Source: Patescibacteria group bacterium (lineage in GTDB: Bacteria; Patescibacteriota; Microgenomatia; UBA8517). From it: DNA of 64,000 bases. Shown here one piece after another: positions 9,542 through 18,873 of the stretch. Numbering within the stretch: position 1 is the stretch's first letter; each line of letters begins with the position of its first letter. A program made the position numbers and the translations under genes. A model generated the notes under the pieces. That model worked only from the letters and a program-made list of their open reading frames with translations, was not told where the DNA came from and did not search any database. The stretch covers positions 5,447 to 69,446 of the forward strand of contig JAOAEL010000003.1 in NCBI GenBank assembly GCA_026416845.1, given 5' to 3'.

Positions 9542-11866
9542 TTACAATTTTGCTCTCCTTGCAATCTCTTTTTCTACAAGCCTTACATCTCTTCCATATT
9601 TAAGCCTGCTGTTTTCCTTTATAATTTGTGCTACTCTTTCGTCTCTGTTTTTTATCTTCTGCACAATATCAGCCGAGAGCTTCATGGAAAACTGGGGGAC
9701 AGGTTCATTTTGTACAATGGTACGAACATATACATGATATTTTTCGATATTTAACAAATCTTCCTCCGAGAAAACCGGTGAAAATTCGCGAGCCAAATAA
9801 TTGGCATCCGTAACACCTACGCGATAAGTAATAATAGTTCCAACATTCCCAATTATTGCGTTTTTCACTTCTTCGTCAATTTGCCCAATAAATTGGTTTG
9901 CCACAGTAAGTGCAAGTTTGTACTTTCTGGCCTCGGAAAGTATTTGGGCAAAATCAGGAGTAGCAAAATTCTGAAATTCATCTACATATAGATAAAAATC
10001 ACGTCTTTGATCTTCTGGAATATCTGCTCTACTCATAGCCGCCATTAATATCCTTGGAACCAAAACAAGTCCTAAAAAACTGGAGTTTTCCTCTCCCAAC
10101 TCACCTTTCGAAAGATTTATCAATAAAATCTTTCCCTGATCCATAACTTCTCTAAAATTAAAAGATGATTTAGATTGTCCAATAATATTTCTTATCAAAC
10201 GATTGGTAACAAACCTTCCAAATTTTGAGGTAATATAATCAAGAACTTCAGATTTGTGAAAATCAGAAGTTTGAGCGATCTGATCTGTCCAATAACGTCT
10301 AACAATTGGGTCTTGCACCTTCGGCAAAAGTTCTTGCACATAGCGAGAATCAGTAAGAGCGCGCATTAGTTCCACAAAGGTGGTTCCGGGTTCTGACAAA
10401 ATAGTAAGAATTGCGTTTCTTACAGCATGCTCAAAACGAGGTCCAACTATTCCAGTTTTGTAAGGGTCAAAAAGTTTATACATCATGTTGATTACTGATG
10501 TGGCAACAAAGTGTTTCTGATCCTCCGTATAAGCCTCCATCAAATTAAGTCCCATAGGACGCTCAGAATCTGATGGTCTGAAATAAATCACATCATCAAC
10601 TCTTTCAAGCGGAATCATCCCCAACAACTCTTCCACCGCATCTCCATGCGGATCCATAAAGCATAGTCCTTTACCAGCTTCAATATCTTGCAAAATCAAG
10701 CTTTGCAAAAATTTAGTTTTACCAGTACCAGTTTTTCCTATAATGTACATATGCCGTTGTCTATCAAATTCAGAGATATATACCTTTCGCTCTATTCCAC
10801 GATAAATGGAAGTTCCCAAGAAAAGACCTTCTGTTGGAATTTCAGCTGGAGCAGGAGCTGATTTGGCATAAAGCCAATGAATGTGCGGTGTTGTAATTTG
10901 CTTATTTGGAAAGTGAAATATTGTTGCCAATTCTTCAGAATTTAGTATTGACACCCTGTTACTGCCAAAATTGAACATCGGTTGATATCGATACAAAAAA
11001 TCATCTATAAAATCTCCCTTTTTTATTATCGTTCTTTTGCCAAAACCATTAAACTCGCCATTAAACGCCTCAAAAGCGCTCATTATGTTTGTCAAATGCG
11101 CTTTTGCAGAAGGTTCATCATTTGCTACAGTAACAATGCGAATAGAAGTTTCAAATCCTGGCTTTGAGCATTTATTTTCCACTGCTTCCAAAGTTCTGGA
11201 AGAAACTGAAAATTTTGCCTTTTCTGGATCGGCTTCCTGTTTTTTTGTTGTAGCGATGAAATCTCTACCCTGTTTTTGCCAAGAATCATTAACCGGAGAT
11301 ATTAAAACCTGTATCGCAGCAGCTTCATCGTGGCCCATCTTAGCAAGAGCAGAAGTAATAACTGCCAAAGGATCAGTTGGTAAATCTTTAAAAACCTTTA
11401 TAGGGTAATAATTTTCCTTCTTAAGTTGCAAAGATGCATAAGCAACTTTGCCATGTTCTGTAAATATATTGTATTCTTCAACTTGTTTGATTTCCGCGTC
11501 AGGATAACAGCCATGGATTTGCTTTTCTATGAGATCTCTAAACTCATTGGGTGTCCATACATAAAACCGTATATCTTCAGGGCGAGCAACCAATTCAAAT
11601 GACACTGCAGGTTCCGTCGAATACTTTCTGCCGCTTTTGATAGAATAAAGCGCCGCAAAAAGTTGTTCCATTGCATCAATCCTAATTTCGTTTCCTTTGG
11701 GAACCGCTATCTGAAGTAAAACTGAATTTAAAGATCTTTCCTCTCGACCACGATTTTTGATAAAAACAAAAGCTATATAAACTCCAGCACCCAATAAAAG
11801 CACAAAAATTACCAAAAAAAACAGTGTTAAAAGCAAAATCGTAGGATCAAAAAAATCATTTCCCAT
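9542..11866 (-). CDS. VirB4/VirD4/HerA-like membrane-anchored ATPase (DUF87/TraG-type, widespread in CPR)
   Basis: N-terminal TM segment; Walker A HMYIIGKTGTGKT; DPHGD; Walker B LYVDEFQNF; SEARKY; ANQFIGQ. Confidence 0.85.
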   Translation of the reverse strand: MGNDFFDPTILLLTLFFLVIFVLLLGAGVYIAFVFIKNRGREERSLNSVLLQIAVPKGNEIRIDAMEQLFAALYSIKSGRKYSTEPAVSFELVARPEDIRFYVWTPNEFRDLIEKQIHGCYPDAEIKQVEEYNIFTEHGKVAYASLQLKKENYYPIKVFKDLPTDPLAVITSALAKMGHDEAAAIQVLISPVNDSWQKQGRDFIATTKKQEADPEKAKFSVSSRTLEAVENKCSKPGFETSIRIVTVANDEPSAKAHLTNIMSAFEAFNGEFNGFGKRTIIKKGDFIDDFLYRYQPMFNFGSNRVSILNSEELATIFHFPNKQITTPHIHWLYAKSAPAPAEIPTEGLFLGTSIYRGIERKVYISEFDRQRHMYIIGKTGTGKTKFLQSLILQDIEAGKGLCFMDPHGDAVEELLGMIPLERVDDVIYFRPSDSERPMGLNLMEAYTEDQKHFVATSVINMMYKLFDPYKTGIVGPRFEHAVRNAILTILSEPGTTFVELMRALTDSRYVQELLPKVQDPIVRRYWTDQIAQTSDFHKSEVLDYITSKFGRFVTNRLIRNIIGQSKSSFNFREVMDQGKILLINLSKGELGEENSSFLGLVLVPRILMAAMSRADIPEDQRRDFYLYVDEFQNFATPDFAQILSEARKYKLALTVANQFIGQIDEEVKNAIIGNVGTIITYRVGVTDANYLAREFSPVFSEEDLLNIEKYHVYVRTIVQNEPVPQFSMKLSADIVQKIKNRDERVAQIIKENSRLKYGRDVRLVEKEIARRAKL

Positions 11867-11911
11867 GTCAAAAAAATAAATTTTTATTACACTTAATATT
11901 AATTATTACAC

Positions 11912-12307
11912 CTAATGTGAAGTTTGTGTTGTTTGATTTTTGAACTGATCAGAAGAAGAATCAGGGCCTGTACCAAAAATGATCTGCCATCCTTTTTTTA
12001 AAGCTTTTTTGATTACTCTTTCCCAAAAATGAGCAAGCCAAGTCATAGAATTTGAAGCATTCCCGTGTACAGCATTGACAAGCGCTGATTGCGAAAATGG
12101 CACTGTAATATTTGGAGCATTGGCAACGTTAGGCGCACTTGTAGGTTGAGATTGTTGATCTGGCAGGCTTTGGTCAGGTTGTTTCGCAGGAGATGCAACT
12201 TGACTTTGCGTTCCCACCGGCTGAACAACTTCAACTTCTGAGATACCAATTTGCTCCTGTTTATCTACATCTGGTATCGGTTGTTCAATCTCGTGAGTTA
12301 TAGACAT
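11912..12307 (-). CDS. Hypothetical protein (P/Q-rich, C-terminal amphipathic helix)
   Basis: 131-aa ORF with TACAAT 8 nt upstream of the ATG; co-oriented with the ATPase. Confidence 0.6.
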   Translation of the reverse strand: MSITHEIEQPIPDVDKQEQIGISEVEVVQPVGTQSQVASPAKQPDQSLPDQQSQPTSAPNVANAPNITVPFSQSALVNAVHGNASNSMTWLAHFWERVIKKALKKGWQIIFGTGPDSSSDQFKNQTTQTSH

Positions 12308-12446
12308 ACAAAATCATTGTATCAAAAGCAACAAAATTAAAAAGGGAAACTTAAAAAAACAATTTAATATTTTGCGATTAAAGAATTTGCTGGTAAAATT
12401 TTTAACTAAACTAAACAGAACCACTAAAACTAAAATAAGTATTGCA

Positions 12447-12983
12447 TTACCTTTTTTCAAATACCCATATTTGCTCATCTATTCCGACTCTAAAATTTTC
12501 ATTTCTTGCAAGGGTAAAAAGATAATCTGATAAACGATTTAGAAACATAAGTACAGTTGATTTTATTTTCATATAAGAGGATAAAGCAACCATTCTGCGT
12601 TCCAGTAAACGCGCAAGCGTTCTAGCATAATGTAAATGAGAAGCAACAACTGATCCTCCTGGCATGACAAAATTGGCAAGCTTGGGCAACATTTTTTCCA
12701 TTTGATCAATTTGAATTTCTAAGTCAGTTGTAAATTTTTTAGTAAAAGGCAACTTTGCACCTGCAATAATTGATCCAATTGTTAGTAACCTAATTTGAAT
12801 TTTTGTAATCTTGTTATTCAAATCTTCAGATTCATTAAAAGATTTTACTACACCAAGATAGCTATTAAGCATATCCAATTCTCCAAGAACTTCTATAATT
12901 AAAGAGTCTTTGGGAATCCTATTTTTAGTTTGGCGTATAGTTTGTGTGGTACCTTTATCTCCTTTTTTGGTGTAAATTGGCAT
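12447..12983 (-). CDS. pduO: ATP:cob(I)alamin adenosyltransferase, PduO type
   Basis: IYTKKGDKGTT, GELDMLNSYLG, FVMPGG, ARTLARLLER and FLNRLSDYLFTLAR motifs. Confidence 0.93.
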   Translation of the reverse strand: MPIYTKKGDKGTTQTIRQTKNRIPKDSLIIEVLGELDMLNSYLGVVKSFNESEDLNNKITKIQIRLLTIGSIIAGAKLPFTKKFTTDLEIQIDQMEKMLPKLANFVMPGGSVVASHLHYARTLARLLERRMVALSSYMKIKSTVLMFLNRLSDYLFTLARNENFRVGIDEQIWVFEKR

Positions 12984-13071
12984 GTTTCATCATTCGCCAA
13001 ACATTTTGACATCACAATAAAAAACAAGATTGAATAAAGTAAAATGCTAAAAATTCAAAATCTAAAAAAAC

Positions 13072-13200
13072 ACATTCAAAGAGACTTGCCTGAAGCCGCT
13101 AAGTGGTCATAAAAGCTCTAAGCGTAAAACTTATAGCTTCCTGTTTATCACAGGATCTGGCGCCAACATAGCAGCCTCCGACAAGTCTTTTTGAAAATGT
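13072..13200 (-). ncRNA. Structured intergenic RNA (three-way junction) between nrdJ and pduO
   Basis: About 20-bp closing stem AGACUUGUC-GGAGGCUGCUA/UAGCGGCUUC-AGGCAAGUCU with G-U pairs that favour the minus strand; inner hairpins UCCUGU-GAUAA-ACAGGA and AGCUAUAAG/CUUAGAGCU. GC-rich against AT-rich flanks. Confidence 0.65.
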
Positions 13201-13209
13201 TAATCAATC

Positions 13210-15615
13210 CTAATTCTCAACAAAAAAATTATTTTGGGTAGAATTATTTAATTTGGAATAATCTTCAATTTCGCAAATTCCAGCAGTACAAGCAAGCTCT
13301 TGTGCAACTGTGGTGTAATCTTCTTCTTCGTATCTATAAATTTTAGAAAAATCAATATTAGGGAAAACACTTGCCAACTTTTCATACTCTTCTTTCGTTA
13401 TCTCTTCATAAGGCATTTGGGCATATTTGGCATTCATTGCTGGCAAAAAACTCATACCTCCAATATACTCCCTATGTTCCCACAACCAACGGGTAAGATC
13501 AAGTATCTCATAAGGCTGATAAGTAATTGTTACACTTGGATTATGCTCTGTCCAAAATATTTTGTTTTGCAACCAATATTCACACTGTGCAATTGCTCCT
13601 CTGTCTTTTTGGGTGATAGCACCATCAGGAGACTTAACAGGAAAATGAGCCACGTAAATAGTAGCATTTTCTAAAGTTTGACCATTTTCAGGATCCATAG
13701 GCACACCAGCATCTTTTAAAACTTTAAACACAGGAGTATGCGCCCCAACACGAACATTGCGAATATAGTAAGGAGCCATTCTAGCATGAAGACCTGATGA
13801 AGTATTTAAAAGTTGCGAAGAATTCCCTGAAGGCTTGACACAAGTTACTGCCGCAGATTGATTGATCTTAAAACGCTCCGCATAGATTCTATTAGTCTCA
13901 ACCGCCACTTGCCTAAGCCTCATCATAACAGAAGGGTCTTGAACCACTGGACAATCCATTTGTCCTGTAATATCAACTCCCAAAAGGCGCTCTTCTTCAC
14001 AATTTTTCTTCCATATCGGTCTTAAACCGGGAAAATGCGTAGCTAAAGATTGAATTGTGCCTAGGATAGTAGCCACTTCTACTTTTTCGCGCAAACTTTC
14101 ATACGTGTCTTCTTGACGCGCCACAGCTATGGACAAATTGCAAAATTCATTAGGACGCAAATTTATTTCCCCACAAGGATTTGTGCCAAAACGCGCTTCT
14201 TTTCTTCTTTCAGGCCGAAACTTAATCGCACCAGGTCTATTAAATATTCCAGGCTCTCCGCGCTCGCTTTCAAACATATCAAGCATCAACCTCATAAATT
14301 CTTGTTGAGTAATTCCTCCCTCCGGGATTACAACTGAATTATTAGCGTTCCACCTTTGCCAATTATCACGCTCGAAGTCTCCAGATTTTGCAAGTCTCAT
14401 ATCCATATCGTCCCAATCAAAAAGCGAAATCATAGCGGTTCTTCTGACTCCGCCTGAAACAGCCGCATGCCCTACCATACACATAATGTCATGCGCATCA
14501 ATCGTTCGCAAAAAACTACCTTGCCTGGCAAGTATCCTGTTCTTGGCAAAATCAAGCATTTGTTTTAGAGGTTCAGGTCCTGAGGCACGCCCTCCCTTTA
14601 CTTTAAGAATTGCACCTGCAGACCTAACCTGAGAATAATCAAATTTTATATCTCCACCATCCAGCCATGTGTTCATACCAATACGAAGCGCTTCTATCCA
14701 TCCTTCCGTAGTATCGGGAATAACAAAAGTGTCCTTTGTTTTGCCTGTTTGCCTTTTTACACGAGGAAGTTTTTCAACATACACGCTTTCTACTGAGAAA
14801 CCAACACCGCAACCACTCATGGAAATCAAAAGCGCTTCGCAAAAAGCATCCACACTGTCAACTGGCAAATAGGAACAGTTATAAATGCTAATGTTTTGAC
14901 GTCTTGCGCATTCGCCAGCTGTAGCAATCAATCTCATAGAGGGCATGGCTTTCATTTCTAAAATCATTGTTCGCAGTCTCTCATACTCTTGAGTCTTCAA
15001 AGCGTCGCCAGCAAGTTCGCGCAAGAAAGATACAGAACGATCTACCGTTTCTACCCATGTTTCTCTCCTGCCAAGCGTGTAGTTAAAACGAGAATACTTA
15101 TCAAAAAATTGAAACTTCTGAAGCTGTGTTGGAAAAAACTTGTCTGATTCTTCAAAAGCTTGCTTTACTTCTGGAGGGATCGGTCTAACTTCGCGGAGTT
15201 TGGCGTGTTCAGCCCTATACAAAATATATCTTTTTGCCGCTTCAAACTCACCTGCGGCTTGAAGAACTATTTCAACCGCGTCTTGCACATGCTCAACATT
15301 TGGAAGTTCATATTTGGCAGAAATTATATTTGCCACCCACTTTGCCAAATTAGAAACAGGTATCTCAGGAGTGCGATTAAAGGATGCAAAGCATTTTTCC
15401 ATTGCTGTTTCTATTTTCTTGATATCAAATTCCACCACCCGACCATCGCGCTTTTTTATTAACTTTGGCCATTTGGAACTATCAAAAGGCGCTTTAGTTT
15501 CCTTAATAAAATTAATCATTGAAGCGTTTGACGAGTGTCCGTTGGCTTGAGACGACTGACTATTTTTTACTTTTTTGGTTTTTGTGTTTTCAATTTTGGC
15601 TTTTTGTAATGACAT
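13210..15615 (-). CDS. nrdJ: Class II adenosylcobalamin-dependent ribonucleotide reductase with N-terminal ATP cone
   Basis: IKKRDGRVVEFD ATP cone; YNCS; GGVRRTAMI; TNPCGEI active site; VKPSGNSS; C-terminal CTAGICE redox pair. Confidence 0.93.
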   Translation of the reverse strand: MSLQKAKIENTKTKKVKNSQSSQANGHSSNASMINFIKETKAPFDSSKWPKLIKKRDGRVVEFDIKKIETAMEKCFASFNRTPEIPVSNLAKWVANIISAKYELPNVEHVQDAVEIVLQAAGEFEAAKRYILYRAEHAKLREVRPIPPEVKQAFEESDKFFPTQLQKFQFFDKYSRFNYTLGRRETWVETVDRSVSFLRELAGDALKTQEYERLRTMILEMKAMPSMRLIATAGECARRQNISIYNCSYLPVDSVDAFCEALLISMSGCGVGFSVESVYVEKLPRVKRQTGKTKDTFVIPDTTEGWIEALRIGMNTWLDGGDIKFDYSQVRSAGAILKVKGGRASGPEPLKQMLDFAKNRILARQGSFLRTIDAHDIMCMVGHAAVSGGVRRTAMISLFDWDDMDMRLAKSGDFERDNWQRWNANNSVVIPEGGITQQEFMRLMLDMFESERGEPGIFNRPGAIKFRPERRKEARFGTNPCGEINLRPNEFCNLSIAVARQEDTYESLREKVEVATILGTIQSLATHFPGLRPIWKKNCEEERLLGVDITGQMDCPVVQDPSVMMRLRQVAVETNRIYAERFKINQSAAVTCVKPSGNSSQLLNTSSGLHARMAPYYIRNVRVGAHTPVFKVLKDAGVPMDPENGQTLENATIYVAHFPVKSPDGAITQKDRGAIAQCEYWLQNKIFWTEHNPSVTITYQPYEILDLTRWLWEHREYIGGMSFLPAMNAKYAQMPYEEITKEEYEKLASVFPNIDFSKIYRYEEEDYTTVAQELACTAGICEIEDYSKLNNSTQNNFFVEN

Positions 15616-15670
15616 AACAGCAAAATCTATAAAATTAAATTTAATAAATTTTTAAACAAGCTATAAAGTT

Positions 15671-16114
15671 TTACTTTTTTTCTATAGCCTTTGCGAAATC
15701 TTCTAAATCTTCAAATTCAAGATAAACACTAGCAAACCTTAACCATGCCACTTTGTCTATTTTTTTTAGACGTCTTAGAACCGCTTTGCCTATTGTCGAC
15801 GAATAAATTTCGTCGCGCCCTTTTTTAAACATTTCTTGTTCAACATTGTTGACTAAACTCTCAACTAAATCCAAGGATACCGGCCTTTTCTCTATCGCTT
15901 TTAATATCCCTTTTCTAACTTTTTCCCGATCAAAAGGCTCTCTTAAACCATTTTTCTTTACTACCCATAAAGAGCTTTTTTTTACCCGCTCATAGGTAGT
16001 AAAACGTTTTTTGCACTTTAGACATTTACGACGACGCCTAATACTTTCATGCTCGTTATCCACTCGCGATTCTAAAACCTGCGAATCTAAAAAACCGCAA
16101 CATGGACACTTCAT
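15671..16114 (-). CDS. nrdR: Transcriptional repressor NrdR
   Basis: MKCPCC...SQVLESR...IRRRRKCLKCKKRFTTYE zinc ribbon, ATP cone, DKVAWLRFASVY. Confidence 0.97.
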   Translation of the reverse strand: MKCPCCGFLDSQVLESRVDNEHESIRRRRKCLKCKKRFTTYERVKKSSLWVVKKNGLREPFDREKVRKGILKAIEKRPVSLDLVESLVNNVEQEMFKKGRDEIYSSTIGKAVLRRLKKIDKVAWLRFASVYLEFEDLEDFAKAIEKK

Positions 16115-16168
16115 AAAAAATCAAAACAAAAGTTTCAGATTTCTAAGCTGAAAACTTGACAATTTTAA

Positions 16169-16216
16169 TCACTATAGCTAGTGAGCTAAACCATACTGCA
16201 ACACTAAATATGGATA
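16169..16216. promoter_or_regulatory. Tandem NrdR boxes
   Basis: tcactatagctagtga (16169-16184) and acactaaatatggata (16201-16216) resemble the acaCwAtATaTwGtgt consensus, start 32 bp apart, and lie upstream of nrdR-nrdJ. Confidence 0.75.
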
Positions 16217-16384
16217 GTCAACTAATACTAAAACGCACAAAATAGATCACGCAACCAATATTAAAGGGTGTAAATGGCTTTTTCAGAACTTTGTACCAAT
16301 TTTTACTGAAGTTTTTCCGTAAAAAAATTCAAAGACAAAATCTACAATAAAACCTCAAAAGCAAAAATTTCTCAAAACAGCAAC

Positions 16385-17008
16385 CTATTGCCAATTAAAC
16401 GGATTTTCTGGTGGAGTTAGTCCATCCTCAAGCAAATTGTTGCGAGATTGTTCGTAAACTCGCATTGGATACTTTTTAGTATTTGAAATCACAGGTCGCA
16501 ACTGATCAGGATAACTTGATTCTAATTCAAGCAGTATCTCATAATGTTTAAGAGCCGCCATCGCCAATCTTTTGTCAAACTCGCTGGTTTTTATTCCCCT
16601 AGCGCGATTCTTCTGGTTTTGATTTAGCGCTTCTTCAAGATATTTTTCTGCCTTTGTCGCGGTTGAAATCGAATTTTCTACATCTGAACTTTCCATCAAC
16701 AAAAGCGAGGAACCAATTCTTTTGTCTGCAAACAAAAGCAAAAGTTCAGCTCTCCTTGAATCGTTAGTTGTCACAAAAAGCCAAAACTTGTCTCGCGCCG
16801 CTTTTAGTATCCAAAATAAAGATCCAGGAAGAACCTTCCCCGGATACGCCAAATCATAATCTATCTGTAAATTTGAGTACGAAATGCTTTTTGAAGAATC
16901 TGGCGAAGACACTTTCTCGTACTTAACTGCGGCAGTTCGCAAAACAGAAATAAACAAAATAGCAAAACCAAAAAAAATAATTGTCCCACCAATTACAAAA
17001 AACTTCAT
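16385..17008 (-). CDS. DUF5667-like membrane-anchored helical protein
   Basis: N-terminal TM segment; YPGKVLPGSLFWILKAARD...ELLLLFADKRI. Confidence 0.7.
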   Translation of the reverse strand: MKFFVIGGTIIFFGFAILFISVLRTAAVKYEKVSSPDSSKSISYSNLQIDYDLAYPGKVLPGSLFWILKAARDKFWLFVTTNDSRRAELLLLFADKRIGSSLLLMESSDVENSISTATKAEKYLEEALNQNQKNRARGIKTSEFDKRLAMAALKHYEILLELESSYPDQLRPVISNTKKYPMRVYEQSRNNLLEDGLTPPENPFNWQ

Positions 17009-17073
17009 TTGTAGATGCTATTGAGCACACACATATCAAAAAACAAATTATTCAATTTTAGTTTAAAATTAGT

Positions 17074-17337
17074 CTATCTTTCCTTTGAATTTTTACCTTT
17101 GAAACTTCCACAACTTTCATGAAAACAGGCAGCCATATTATTAAGAACAACAACATCTACCTCCCCACAAACACCACTTCTTGTAAACACTATCACTTTC
17201 CCGTCTTCGGTTATTTTGATTTCTTTAACTGGAATACTTAATTGATCAAGTTTTTGTTGCAACTGCGCAACAATACAAGGCAAATCTTTTAAATCATATA
17301 ACGGAACTGGTGACAAAAAACTAGGAATTCGTCTCAT
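17074..17337 (-). CDS. Hypothetical protein
   Basis: 87-aa ORF with TATAAT 7 nt upstream of the ATG. Confidence 0.55.
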   Translation of the reverse strand: MRRIPSFLSPVPLYDLKDLPCIVAQLQQKLDQLSIPVKEIKITEDGKVIVFTRSGVCGEVDVVVLNNMAACFHESCGSFKGKNSKER

Positions 17338-17487
17338 TAAGAGGATTATAAAATTTTTTACAAAAGATTCAACTTGTTAGTTTTGTTTTAGCAACATATT
17401 GGCACAATAAATAGACAATTTCATAGATTTGTTGCTGAAAAGCATTTTTCAAATTTATCCATACCGTGTTTCATTTTTTATCTAATT

Positions 17488-18138
17488 TTATCTAAACAAA
17501 ATAATTGGCCACTCCCAAAGAAAATGGAGAAAAATTGGAGCGATAATATTTTTAGTCTTTGCAAAAACATAACTAGCGCCAACTCCAAAGACAAAAGTCA
17601 AAAACAAATAAGTCAAAGAGTCCATAAGGTTAAATTGCCACCACAAAAAACTCACAGGCAAATGCACTAAAGACCATAAAAAACTTGATAAAAGATTGGG
17701 AATCCAAATTCCACCCAAAGCATGTTTCAATCTGGTATAAACATACCCTCTAAACGCAATTTCTTCAGAAATTGCAGTTGCAACTGAAATAATCAAAGCA
17801 GTATAGAATTCTCCTCCAATATTCGCCCCAAAATGAACCCAGCGGTATTTGATGATGTTTATCAATAAACCAAAAATAGCAAACAAAACTCCCAACCCCA
17901 AAACCCAATAAATTGAAGCAAAAAGCCCTTTCCCCGAAATACCAATTGTGGAAATGCTCGATTTCTCTTTTCTAAGCAAAAAAAAGACAGGTATAAGCCA
18001 AATAATTGGCTTTAAAAATAATTCTTCGATATCTTCAGGAAGTTTGTACAAAAACCTGTAAATTCCCCAAACCAAAAAAAGATATGCAAAAAAATAAATT
18101 GCGTTTCTGAAAGCTGTTTCTTTTCTAGGCATAGTCAT
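17488..18138 (-). CDS. CPBP/Abi-family intramembrane glutamic endopeptidase
   Basis: EEIAFRG, WSLVH and FLHFLWE motifs in a multi-TM protein. Confidence 0.88.
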   Translation of the reverse strand: MTMPRKETAFRNAIYFFAYLFLVWGIYRFLYKLPEDIEELFLKPIIWLIPVFFLLRKEKSSISTIGISGKGLFASIYWVLGLGVLFAIFGLLINIIKYRWVHFGANIGGEFYTALIISVATAISEEIAFRGYVYTRLKHALGGIWIPNLLSSFLWSLVHLPVSFLWWQFNLMDSLTYLFLTFVFGVGASYVFAKTKNIIAPIFLHFLWEWPIILFR

Positions 18139-18181
18139 TTAAATTCTACAAAGATTTTCTTTTCAGCCAGTAATTTTTTAC

Positions 18182-18727
18182 TTAAGCTAGTTTTAGTCTT
18201 GCTCTTTTATCTTTATTTTGATGCAAATCTAACCTGCACTGCTCAAAAGCTTTATCCATCGCGCTAACAATCAATTTTATGCATTTTTTGGCTTGGGCAA
18301 AAGTAAGAATGTTCTGAGAGTTAGGAAACCAATGAAAAACCAAATTTCTGCCATGTTTCCAAGCATTCCACAAAGTATCAGGAAGTTTATTGCCCCCACA
18401 ATACAAAACTAAACGATCATACACACTTTCATCTTTTCTAAACCTGGGTTCAAGAGCTGGATTTAAAGCGCGACCAATGCGAAATTTTTTGCCATTAAAA
18501 TCCTCTTTTGAGATGAATCCTAAATCATAAAAAAGAGTTTTCAAAAACCCTTCATAAGCCTTGGCAGCCGGAAAGACAATAAAGGAGTAGTCATGAAAAG
18601 TGTTGCGCCACAACCTCACATGATAAACCAACAAAATAGATTCCCTAAGAAGTTCTTGCATCTCACGATCTAAATAATGCCACCAACGCTTATTCTCTAA
18701 TTCATTTTCTGTGATAAACACATGCAT
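18182..18727 (-). CDS. HEPN-like protein resembling the RnlA/LsoA C-terminal domain
   Basis: DYSFIVFPAAKAYEGFLK helix and an R-X4-H motif (RNLVFH). Confidence 0.55.
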   Translation of the reverse strand: MHVFITENELENKRWWHYLDREMQELLRESILLVYHVRLWRNTFHDYSFIVFPAAKAYEGFLKTLFYDLGFISKEDFNGKKFRIGRALNPALEPRFRKDESVYDRLVLYCGGNKLPDTLWNAWKHGRNLVFHWFPNSQNILTFAQAKKCIKLIVSAMDKAFEQCRLDLHQNKDKRARLKLA

Positions 18728-18873
18728 ACTAAAAATTCTAACTTTTAGACAAGTTATGTATCAATCAGGAAATTATCAATTTGTTTCAAAATCTCTGCAC
18801 TTCAATCTGTTATACACTTATGACATTAAATTCGCATTATTTAAATAAAATCATTTAGAGTATACTACAATCC

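Noticed and set aside
9413-9813. Short plus-strand ORFs as possible lasso precursors
   Set aside because: They are antisense to tRNA-Ile and the ATPase gene and lack a lasso leader/core pattern.
9542-11866. Conjugative element suggested by the VirB4/VirD4-like ATPase
   Set aside because: No relaxase, integrase or other T4SS genes nearby; such ATPases are common chromosomal genes in CPR.
13072-13200. Hammerhead ribozyme or cobalamin riboswitch reading of the nrdJ-pduO RNA
   Set aside because: It lacks the CUGAUGA/GAAA core and the GGGAA/GCAACUGU/B12-box motifs.
13210-15615. Intein or intron in nrdJ
   Set aside because: Continuous ORF of normal length with no intein splice or homing-endonuclease motifs.
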